From positions 1,380,001-1,412,000 of the forward strand of contig NZ_AP014945.1 in NCBI RefSeq assembly GCF_001548275.1: a DNA stretch of 32,000 bases, in the 5' to 3' direction. The stretch's first letter is position 1, and every line of letters starts with the position of its first letter. Of the stretch, positions 25,513-32,000 are shown piece by piece. The notes under the pieces are model-generated. The model searched no databases and was not told where the DNA came from. It was given only the letters and a program-made list of their open reading frames with translations. This stretch comes from Caldimicrobium thiodismutans. Its GTDB lineage: Bacteria > Desulfobacterota > Thermodesulfobacteria > Thermodesulfobacteriales > Thermodesulfobacteriaceae. A program made the translations under genes and the position numbers.

Positions 25513-26259
25513 ATGAGGCTCTATGAAGATTTAGTGGATAAGGCTGTTAGTCTTGCCCGGGCCAAACGAATAAAGAGGGTAGTTCTCGGGCTTCACTATG
25601 CCCTGGCTGAGCTTGAAAGGGGAGGGTCTGGTCTTTCCTTTGTGGATAGAGAATTTTTAAGTTTCTGCTGTAAGGATAGCGAAGTCTCCTACTGGAAACA
25701 GCCTGCTGATCTCTTAGTAAAAGCCTACCTCTCACCCTCGAGAACAGATACTTTTTTAGCCCTGGCCATTATGAATGCCCTTTTCAATCACCGTAAAGAA
25801 CTTCTTAAGGAAGCCACAAATGTTGATCCCTTAGAGATGATTCCACTCAAGCCCAAGGATGATGTGCTTATGATAGGATTTTTTCAGCCCCTTTTCCAGA
25901 AACTTCAGGGGCGGGTAAAAAGAATTATTGTTATAGAAAAGGGTAATCCCGAGGAAAACAAAAGGGCTCTTGAGAATCTTCCTCCACTGTCCTTGGGAAT
26001 AGTTACTTCAGCGACTCTTGCTAATAAAAGCTTTCACGAATATCTACCTTATCTTGAGAATATTTCAGAGGTGATCCTGATGGGGCCAAGCACTCCTCTT
26101 TGTCCGGAGGTCTTTAAATATACCCCTGTGACATGGCTATGCGGGGTCTCGGTAAAGGATAGTGAACTCCTCTTTAGGCTTGTCTGCGAAGGTAAGGGAA
26201 CACTAAGCTTCTTTAAAAAAGGAGCCCTGGAAAAAGTTAATCTTAAGGTGAAAAAATAA
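25513..26259 (+). CDS. DUF4213/DUF364-type Rossmann-like protein (putative metal-chelation domain family)
   Basis: Recognised by size, layout and the pattern G..Y..A.L...G.GL...; from memory only. ATG 25513 lies 2 nt after the mrp stop. Confidence 0.5.
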   Translation: MRLYEDLVDKAVSLARAKRIKRVVLGLHYALAELERGGSGLSFVDREFLSFCCKDSEVSYWKQPADLLVKAYLSPSRTDTFLALAIMNALFNHRKELLKEATNVDPLEMIPLKPKDDVLMIGFFQPLFQKLQGRVKRIIVIEKGNPEENKRALENLPPLSLGIVTSATLANKSFHEYLPYLENISEVILMGPSTPLCPEVFKYTPVTWLCGVSVKDSELLFRLVCEGKGTLSFFKKGALEKVNLKVKK

Positions 26260-26263
26260 ATTT

Positions 26264-26554
26264 ATGCAAGATTATAAAAGTATTTTTTCTTATAGCTTGA
26301 TAGCCCTTTTATGGTTTCTCTTCAGCCTGAGAATCTATCCTTCAAGCCTTGAAAAAACTTTTGTTGAAAGCGCAAAAATATTATTTGGTTCAGGACTTTA
26401 TGCTCTTGGATTAACAATTATTATAAATGGTTTAAAATTTCGGTTCAGTAAAAAGTCTTTTACACGGAGACAATTTCTCAGATGGGTACTCCTAATTGCC
26501 TTATTAACTACTCTTTCAGCCAGTTTTGAACATTACCTCAGGATGAAGACATGA
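26264..26554 (+). CDS. Small hypothetical membrane protein (96 aa, ~3 TM)
   Basis: Hydrophobic segments. ATGA overlap with the murI start suggests translation coupling. Confidence 0.5.
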   Translation: MQDYKSIFSYSLIALLWFLFSLRIYPSSLEKTFVESAKILFGSGLYALGLTIIINGLKFRFSKKSFTRRQFLRWVLLIALLTTLSASFEHYLRMKT

Positions 26555-27339
26555 TCGGGGTTTTTGACTCTGGGCTGGGTGGTTTAACGGTTGTAAGGGA
26601 GCTTCTTGCCAAAATTCCCCAATATAAGATTATCTATTTTGGGGATACTGCTCGCACACCCTATGGCACAAAGAGTGCTGAAACTGTTACTAAATATGCC
26701 CTTGAAAATACCCGTTTTCTTCTTGAAAAAGGTGCTCAGGTTATTGTAGTAGCCTGTCATACCGTCTCAAGCACCGCTATGCCTGTCCTGAAAGAGACCT
26801 TTCGGAAGATTCCCTTTTTTGAGGTTGTTACCCCTTCTTTTAAAAAGGCTCTTCAACTTACGAGAAAAAAAATAATTGGGCTAATTGGAACGCGCACGAC
26901 TGTTGAAAGTGGTATCTATCAGCGACTTTTTCATGAGGCTGACCCGGAAGTTAAAGTTGTAGTTAATCCAGCTCCTTTGCTTGTGCCTCTAATTGAAGAG
27001 GGCTGGCTAAATAAACCTGAAACAAGAAGGATTGTAAGAAAATATCTTATGCCCCTTAAAATTAAGGGGATAGATACTCTTATCCTTGGATGTACCCACT
27101 ATCCTCTTATAAAAAAGGTCATTGGGGAAAAGGCAGGGAAGAGGGTTAAGCTCATTGATCCCTCTGAAGAGGTAGCCATAGAGGTGGCTGAGTTCATTGA
27201 AAAGAGTTTCCCCTTGAAAGAGAGTTTAAAGGTTAATGGAGAGCCAGAGATCTGGGTCTCAGATCTCACCTCCAATTTTGAAAAATTGGCTCAGCTTTTT
27301 TTAAAGAGAAGGCTAAGGCTGAACAAAGTTAGTCTTTAA
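26551..27339 (+). CDS. murI: Glutamate racemase
   Basis: IGVFDSGLGGLTV, VVACHT and LGCTHYP motifs. Confidence 0.95.
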   Translation: MIGVFDSGLGGLTVVRELLAKIPQYKIIYFGDTARTPYGTKSAETVTKYALENTRFLLEKGAQVIVVACHTVSSTAMPVLKETFRKIPFFEVVTPSFKKALQLTRKKIIGLIGTRTTVESGIYQRLFHEADPEVKVVVNPAPLLVPLIEEGWLNKPETRRIVRKYLMPLKIKGIDTLILGCTHYPLIKKVIGEKAGKRVKLIDPSEEVAIEVAEFIEKSFPLKESLKVNGEPEIWVSDLTSNFEKLAQLFLKRRLRLNKVSL

Positions 27340-27390
27340 TTTTTTAGCCTGGTTTTCTGTTAGAAGCTTGGGTCTCCTCCTTGGGTAAAG

Positions 27391-27430
27391 AGATTCAAAG
27401 GATATGGAGGCATACAGGATCTTGACAATG
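27391..27430 (+). repeat. Cassette right-arm copy E (left border of the A/T-rich methyltransferase island)
   Basis: agattcaaaggatatggaggcatacaggatcttgacaatg. It matches 29770-29793 at 21/24 positions and 22101-22130 at 26/30. Confidence 0.8.
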
Positions 27431-27450
27431 ACAGAAAAATCCATTATCTT
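27422..27450 (+). promoter_or_regulatory. Putative promoter of the methyltransferase operon (-35 TTGACA, 17 nt spacer, -10 TATCTT)
   Basis: TTGACA at 27422-27427 and TATCTT at 27445-27450. ATG at 27462 with no SD in between. Confidence 0.45.
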
Positions 27451-27461
27451 AGAAAAATATT

Positions 27462-28457
27462 ATGAGTAAAGTTCAATCAAATTATAGACAAATAAATTCT
27501 ACAAAGAGTCATAATTCTTTTCAATGTTATCTATTTTCAGATTTATCTCCAATAAGTCGAAAGCAATACTTTTTAAATATTTTAAGAGGCAAAGAAGGAA
27601 AATATAAAAGATATTTAGGATCTCCATTGAGATATGCAGGTGGAAAAAGTTGGGCTGTTGGGTATGTGATAGAAAAATTGCCAGAAAATATAAAAAAATT
27701 AGTTTCCCCTTTCTTTGGTGGTGGTTCTATAGAAATTGCAGTAGCAAAAGAATTAGGTATTGATGTGATCGGTTTTGATGTATTTGATATACTCGTTAAT
27801 TACTGGAAAGTTCAAATTAAGAAACCTGATAAACTATATGAAGAATTAGCAAAATTAAAACCTACAAAAGAAACTTATAATTGGGTTAAAGAGAATCTAA
27901 AAAAACATTGGAAAGGAGAGGAAAAACTGCCAGAGTTAAAGCTTGCAGCTTATTACTATTTTAATCATAATCTTTCTTATGGTCCTGGATTTTTGGGATG
28001 GATGTCTTCCGTTTATGCAAATGAAGAAGTATATTTTCGTCTTTTAGATAGAGTTAAAAATTTTAATGTTAAAAATATTATTATAGAATGTGCATCATTT
28101 GAAGAAGTTATACCTGAGTTTAAGAAGGAATTTTTATATTGCGATCCACCATATTACCTTGGAGAAGATAGCACCCTTTTTAGAGGACTTTATCCTCAAA
28201 GAAATTTTCCAGTTCACCACAATAATTTTAATCACGAGTTATTAAGAGATCTTTTATTAAATCATAAAGGAGGATTTATTCTATCTTATAATGACGCACC
28301 TACAATTAGGGATTGGTATAAGGATTTTGAGATCATTGAATTACCTATACATTACACCATGGGGCAAGGGGAAACACGAATAGGTTTCAACAGGAAAATA
28401 AAAAATACTAATCATATAAAGAAAACACATGAATTGTTAATAATCAAAAGGAATTAA
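27462..28457 (+). CDS. D12-class (Dam-like, alpha-type) N6-adenine DNA methyltransferase
   Basis: RYAGGKSW, SPFFGGGSIE (FxGxG) and the catalytic LYCDPPYY motif, in alpha-class order. There is a ~55-aa N-terminal extension. Confidence 0.8.
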   Translation: MSKVQSNYRQINSTKSHNSFQCYLFSDLSPISRKQYFLNILRGKEGKYKRYLGSPLRYAGGKSWAVGYVIEKLPENIKKLVSPFFGGGSIEIAVAKELGIDVIGFDVFDILVNYWKVQIKKPDKLYEELAKLKPTKETYNWVKENLKKHWKGEEKLPELKLAAYYYFNHNLSYGPGFLGWMSSVYANEEVYFRLLDRVKNFNVKNIIIECASFEEVIPEFKKEFLYCDPPYYLGEDSTLFRGLYPQRNFPVHHNNFNHELLRDLLLNHKGGFILSYNDAPTIRDWYKDFEIIELPIHYTMGQGETRIGFNRKIKNTNHIKKTHELLIIKRN

Positions 28458-28460
28458 ATT

Positions 28461-29246
28461 GTGGCAAAAAAGAAAGCAATGACATCTGAAAAAGCAAGTT
28501 ATGTAAAAAGAAAGGGGCATGCAGATGCCAGGGAATTTGCCGAATGTTTGGGAATTGGCAAAGAATATACGAGCGAACCTCAGGCTAAAAAAGATGTAAT
28601 TGATTCAGAAGGTCATTCTTATTCTGTAAAAAGTGGAGAAAAGAAATGGCAGATTTTTTTGTATAGTAAAACCAGATTTGAAAAAGATAATATTTTTAAA
28701 GGTATGAATGGACTTGGAGAATTGTTTTTAGAATGTATAGAAAGTTTTCCTGAAAATAGGAACGATTATTTAAGAGATAAGGTGTTATATAAAAAGAAAT
28801 TACAAAAACCAATGAGAGAATTATGCAAAAGATTAAAAGAAAAGAGACTTTTAGCTGCGTTTCTTGAAAAAAGTATGTTAAACGGTGGTGAGGTTGATTT
28901 TTTAGTTATTAAAGAGGACGAGTTTTTTCATGTTTTCTGGGGCAAGCAAGTTATTGAAGTTTTGACCGAGAACTATGAGGTTGAAAACTCTAAAGCAAGA
29001 GGAAAAAATCAGATGGATGACCAAAAGGTTATTTTTAAAGTAAATGGTAAAACTTATGGAGAAATTGAGATGAGAAATGATAGTGATATTCACTATAGAG
29101 AAATAAAATTTTGGATAGATAAAAAACTAACTTTTAATTTACTAAAATCAAATATAAACAAAATTAAAAAACTAAATGATAGAATAATTCTCTATGGTAA
29201 AGCTATAAATAAATTGGCAAAAATACATAATAGAAGAGAAAAATAA
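28461..29246 (+). CDS. Uncharacterised 261-aa protein, probably the cognate restriction endonuclease
   Basis: GTG lies 3 nt after the methyltransferase stop and is preceded by AAGGA. Same A/T-rich composition. Possible PD-(D/E)xK-like KKDVID-x8-SVKSGEK. No family recognised. Confidence 0.45.
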   Translation: MAKKKAMTSEKASYVKRKGHADAREFAECLGIGKEYTSEPQAKKDVIDSEGHSYSVKSGEKKWQIFLYSKTRFEKDNIFKGMNGLGELFLECIESFPENRNDYLRDKVLYKKKLQKPMRELCKRLKEKRLLAAFLEKSMLNGGEVDFLVIKEDEFFHVFWGKQVIEVLTENYEVENSKARGKNQMDDQKVIFKVNGKTYGEIEMRNDSDIHYREIKFWIDKKLTFNLLKSNINKIKKLNDRIILYGKAINKLAKIHNRREK

Positions 29247-29549
29247 GAATTTCTATAAAAATGAGTTGGAACGCATTAAGAGGGCTTATAAAGTTTCATT
29301 TATCTATTTTATAGAAAAAAGTTATTTTAATATCAGAGAATACCAAAATATTTTGAAAAGTTGCTTAAATTGGTATTCTAATGTAAGGAAATTTTCAGAA
29401 AAATCAGAGATAAATTTTAACGCAAACTCACAAGAAAGTTTTGAAGAAATTAAAGATTTGGAAATTAGGGATTGAAAAAAGCCATTAGAGAGTGAAAAAA
29501 TTATGGGAACATAATTCCAAACTCTCAAGATTTTAGCTTTTAAGATAAA

Positions 29550-29615
29550 TGCATAGGTTTATATCCTTATAAGAAAAAGAAAGGGTGGAAAAAGGTGAGG
29601 GGGAGAGTAGGGGAA
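29550..29615 (+). repeat. Cassette copy D, left arm + purine tract
   Basis: tgcataggtttatatccttataagaaaaagaaagggtgg aaaaaggtgagggggagagtaggggaag. It matches copy B at 35/39 positions. Confidence 0.8.
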
Positions 29616-29618
29616 GCC

Positions 29619-29656
29619 CCATGCGTGTCTGTCCAATCCATGCGTGTCTGCCCAAT
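29619..29656 (+). repeat. Tandem 19-bp direct repeat CCATGCGTGTCTG(T/C)CCAAT x2
   Basis: 29619-29637 and 29638-29656 differ at one position. Confidence 0.9.
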
Positions 29657-29689
29657 AATGTAAAGGAACATATAACAGAAACGCCACAA

Positions 29690-29715
29690 AGGGGCAAACA
29701 CATAGGTTTGCCCCT
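29690..29715. other. Perfect 10-bp stem / 6-nt loop hairpin
   Basis: aggggcaaac acatag gtttgcccct. No clean T-tract on the + strand; a moderately T-rich tail on the - strand. Confidence 0.6.
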
Positions 29716-29758
29716 ACTAAATAAAAATCCGATTTATCCACCAAAAGAGGTAAATTTT

Positions 29759-29798
29759 AAGTTTCAAAAGATATGGACTTATACAGGATCTTGCTTTT
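29759..29798 (+). repeat. Cassette copy D, right arm (promoter of tRNA-Asp)
   Basis: aagtttcaaaagatatggacttatacaggatcttgctttt. Here the -35 is degenerate (TTGCTT). Confidence 0.75.
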
Positions 29799-29818
29799 TT
29801 TTTAAAATAGGTTATATT
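29791..29818 (+). promoter_or_regulatory. Putative tRNA-Asp promoter (-35 TTGCTT, 16 nt spacer, -10 TATATT)
   Basis: The hexamers sit about 14 nt upstream of the mature tRNA 5' end. Confidence 0.45.
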
Positions 29819-29831
29819 GTTATGAATAAAA

Positions 29832-29909
29832 GGGGCTGTAGCTCAGCACGGTCAGAGCGCCTGCCTGTCACGCAGGAGGCCGCGGGTTCAAGTCCCGTCA
29901 GCCCCGCCA
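29832..29909 (+). tRNA. tRNA-Asp (anticodon GUC), CCA encoded
   Basis: Folded by hand. Acceptor GGGGCTG/CAGCCCC, D stem GCTC/GAGC, anticodon stem CCTGC/GCAGG with loop CTGTCAC, T arm GCGGG-TTCAAGT-CCCGT, discriminator G + CCA. Confidence 0.9.
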
Positions 29910-29921
29910 TTTAAAATCTTT

Positions 29922-30695
29922 ATGCCTGATCTTACTTTTCTACTTAAAAAGATTATTCTCTACCTCTTTTATCCATCAACCTTAATCTTTCTCTTTTTGC
30001 TTGCGGTATCAATTTATGTGCTCCTTGGAAAAAGAAGAGGGCGAAGGCGCTTTCTCCTTTTCTTAGCCATCTTTTTATACTATCTTTCTACGACCCCATT
30101 TTTACCTTATTTTTTACTCAAAAACCTCGAAAAAGATTATCCTATCCCCTCTGAGGAAGAGCTCTCAAAAATAAAAAATTTAGTGGTTCTTACAGGGCGA
30201 ATTTATGGAGACCCAGGTCTATCCTTAGAAGAGCGCTTTAGCAGAGAGACTTTAATTCGCTTTCTTGTTGCCCTTGAAATCAAGAAAAAATATCCTGAAA
30301 AGAAGTTATGGATAGTAGGGGGCTCTTTTGAAGGAAAGGGGGCTGGATATTTACAAGAGCTTGCTGAGAAATGGGGGGTTAAGGTTGAGGCCTTGGATAC
30401 ACCTCTTGACACCTTGAGGAGCGCTAAAGAAGTTAAAAAGATAATCCCTCCAGGGGAACCCTTTTATCTTCTCACTTCTGCCTATCATCTCCCACGGGCT
30501 ATCTTTCTCTTTAAAAAGGAAGGACTGAATCCCCTCCCATACCCTACAAATTATAATTATCCCCTCTGTAAGCCCTCTCGTCTCTTTCTTTATATTTTCC
30601 CTCATGATCTCTATCTAAATCTCACCAACCTTGCCTTTCAGGAATATCTTGCCCTGACTTATTATAAAATCAAATATTTCATAAAAAGGACTTAA
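29922..30695 (+). CDS. DUF218 (ElyC/SanA/YdcF-family) membrane-anchored protein
   Basis: N-terminal TM segments, VVLTG..., LLTSAYHLPRA motif. Confidence 0.7.
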   Translation: MPDLTFLLKKIILYLFYPSTLIFLFLLAVSIYVLLGKRRGRRRFLLFLAIFLYYLSTTPFLPYFLLKNLEKDYPIPSEEELSKIKNLVVLTGRIYGDPGLSLEERFSRETLIRFLVALEIKKKYPEKKLWIVGGSFEGKGAGYLQELAEKWGVKVEALDTPLDTLRSAKEVKKIIPPGEPFYLLTSAYHLPRAIFLFKKEGLNPLPYPTNYNYPLCKPSRLFLYIFPHDLYLNLTNLAFQEYLALTYYKIKYFIKRT

Positions 30696-30697
30696 AA

Positions 30698-31267
30698 ATG
30701 AAGGACCTTTTGGAAAAAATTAAAATTGAGCATCAAAACACAATCTCTGCCTTTATTGAAAGGGAAGGTGAAAAGTTTCTTCAAGTGGTAGAGCTTACAA
30801 AAAGGGTCTTCAAAGACGGGGGAAAACTTCTTATTTTTGGGAATGGGGGGTCAGCAGCGGATGCTCAGCATCTGGCAGGAGAGCTTGTTAATCGTTTTAA
30901 GATGGAGAGAGTTCCCCTTCCTGCCATAGCTTTAACTACGGATACTTCGGTTCTTACAGCTATTTCTAATGACTATGACTTTTCTCAGGTCTTTGTGAAG
31001 CAGGTTCAGGCTCTTGGAAAGCCCGGGGACATTGCCTTGGCTATAAGTACCAGTGGAAAATCACCTAATATTATCTCAGCCCTAAAGACAGCAAAGGAGA
31101 TGGGACTTTATACCATTGGGCTCAGTGGTGGAAGTGGGGGGCTTATGCCTCCCTACTGTGATTACCTTATTCTTGTGCCTTCAACAGATACTCCTCGTAT
31201 ACAGGAGGGGCACCTTCTTTTTTTACATATCTATTCTGAACTCTTAGAAAAGGCCCTTTTTGCATAG
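30698..31267 (+). CDS. gmhA: D-sedoheptulose-7-phosphate isomerase (SIS domain)
   Basis: LLIFGNGGSAADAQHLAGELVNRF, ALTTD.S.LTAISNDY and ISTSGKSPN. Confidence 0.9.
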   Translation: MKDLLEKIKIEHQNTISAFIEREGEKFLQVVELTKRVFKDGGKLLIFGNGGSAADAQHLAGELVNRFKMERVPLPAIALTTDTSVLTAISNDYDFSQVFVKQVQALGKPGDIALAISTSGKSPNIISALKTAKEMGLYTIGLSGGSGGLMPPYCDYLILVPSTDTPRIQEGHLLFLHIYSELLEKALFA

Positions 31268-31269
31268 GT

Positions 31270-32000
31270 ATGCTTCTTGCCATAGAGACCTCTTGTGATG
31301 AAACAGGGGTAGCTCTATTTTCTGAAGAAGGAACCCTTGTTGAGGATTTCCTTTACTCCCAGGTTGCCCTTCATTCTCCTTATGGTGGAATTGTGCCTGA
31401 GATTGCCAGCAGGAAACAACTTGAGGTTCTTCATCCCCTCGTTAAAAGAGCCCTTGAGGAAAGGGCCTTAAAGCCCTATGATCTTAAAGGAGTTGCAGTA
31501 ACCTTTGGTCCGGGGCTTCTGGGGTCTTTACTGGTAGGAGTAACTTACGCTAAAACCCTTTCTTTAGCCCTTAAAATACCTCTTATTGCTGTTGATCATC
31601 TTTCAGCCCATCTTTTTTCCATCTTTTTAGAAAGAGAGGTATCTTTTCCCTATCTCGGGCTTCTGGTTTCTGGAGGACATACTGCTCTTTTTGTGGTTCA
31701 GGATTTTGATTCTTTAAAACTTATTGGACATACCCGGGATGATGCAGCTGGAGAGGCCTTTGATAAGATTGCCAAACTCCTTGGCCTTCCCTATCCAGGT
31801 GGCCCTGTTATAAGTGAGCTTGCTGAGAAGGGGGATCCTGAGAAATACCCCCTTCCAAGACCCATGCTTGAGGAGGAAAATTTTGATTTCAGTTTTTCTG
31901 GGCTTAAAACTGCTGTTTTCCAACTTTTAAAAAGAGAGGGAAATCTCAGGAATGAGGATCTGTGTGCAAGCTTTCAAAAGGCCCTTTGTGAGGTGCTTGT
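31270..32000 (+). CDS. tsaD: tRNA N6-adenosine threonylcarbamoyltransferase TsaD (Kae1/Gcp); N-terminal ~243 aa, runs off the window; absent from the ORF track
   Basis: Hand translation: MLLAIETSCDETGVALF...PYGGIVPEIASR...GPGLLGSLLVG...AVDHLSAHL...SGGHT...GHTRDDAAGEAFDK. Open to nt 32000. Confidence 0.9.
   Translation, partial: MLLAIETSCDETGVALFSEEGTLVEDFLYSQVALHSPYGGIVPEIASRKQLEVLHPLVKRALEERALKPYDLKGVAVTFGPGLLGSLLVGVTYAKTLSLALKIPLIAVDHLSAHLFSIFLEREVSFPYLGLLVSGGHTALFVVQDFDSLKLIGHTRDDAAGEAFDKIAKLLGLPYPGGPVISELAEKGDPEKYPLPRPMLEEENFDFSFSGLKTAVFQLLKREGNLRNEDLCASFQKALCEVL

Noticed and set aside
28461-29246. HEPN-like Rx4-6H (RNDSDIH) in the methyltransferase partner protein.
   Set aside because: It is a single short pattern in a Lys/Asn/Asp-rich protein, with no helical HEPN context that I can recognise. 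It is probably fortuitous.
29266-29528. Two mutually overlapping ORFs (29266..29475 +, 69 aa, TTG start; 29322..29528 -, 68 aa) downstream of the putative endonuclease.
   Set aside because: The sequence is A/T-rich and low-complexity, with no SD and no recognisable motif. The two exclude each other. A small controller or accessory protein cannot be ruled out, but it is unsupported.
29559-29914. ORFs 29585..29914 (+) and 29559..29744 (-).
   Set aside because: They run through the repeat cassette, the tandem 19-mers, the hairpin and the tRNA-Asp gene itself, so they are artefacts of stop-free repeat DNA.

Overview
This is a compact, gene-dense bacterial chromosomal window of moderately low G+C, with Lys/Glu/Ile-rich proteins. 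The gene set points to an anaerobic thermophile of the Thermodesulfobacteriota / sulfate-reducer type. That placement is an inference from three things: a NapB-less napA-D-G-H cluster, a dfx-rub-roo oxygen-defence operon, and many short gene overlaps.

Gene order, left to right:
- napA (5' truncated), napD, napG, napH.
- On the opposite strand, converging on napH: a WecA/MraY-type glycosyltransferase, a c-haem (CxxCH) sensor histidine kinase and an OmpR-type regulator.
- arsR, acr3, a COG0701 permease and a small thioredoxin-like gene.
- An AbiEii-type nucleotidyltransferase toxin with a small upstream partner, placed directly after kup.
- The operon dfx, rubredoxin (missing from the ORF track), a DsrE-like gene, a flavodiiron protein and a helical-repeat protein.
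- A membrane protein, then rpmI-rplT-pheS-pheT-ihfA-merR, with no infC.
- A tightly overlapped rlmE-sbcD-dapB-mrp-DUF364-small membrane protein-murI string.
- An A/T-rich two-gene island: a D12-class N6-adenine methyltransferase plus an unassignable 261-aa protein, probably a restriction enzyme.
- tRNA-Asp(GUC), then a DUF218 gene, gmhA and tsaD (3' truncated; also missing from the track).

No CRISPR array, integrase, transposase or rRNA is visible.

The most unusual structure is non-coding. A conserved intergenic cassette recurs at three to five loci. It has a left arm (TGCATAAGTTCA.ATCCTTA...), a nearly C-free purine heptad tract, and a right arm (AGTTTCAA.AGATATGGAGGCATAC...ATCTTGACAAT) that carries a sigma70-like -35 box. 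Two right-arm copies bracket the low-G+C methyltransferase island next to the tRNA. The right arms place predicted transcription starts at or within a few nt of the start codons of arsR, rlmE and the methyltransferase.

All family assignments come from motif recognition by eye. No database search was run.
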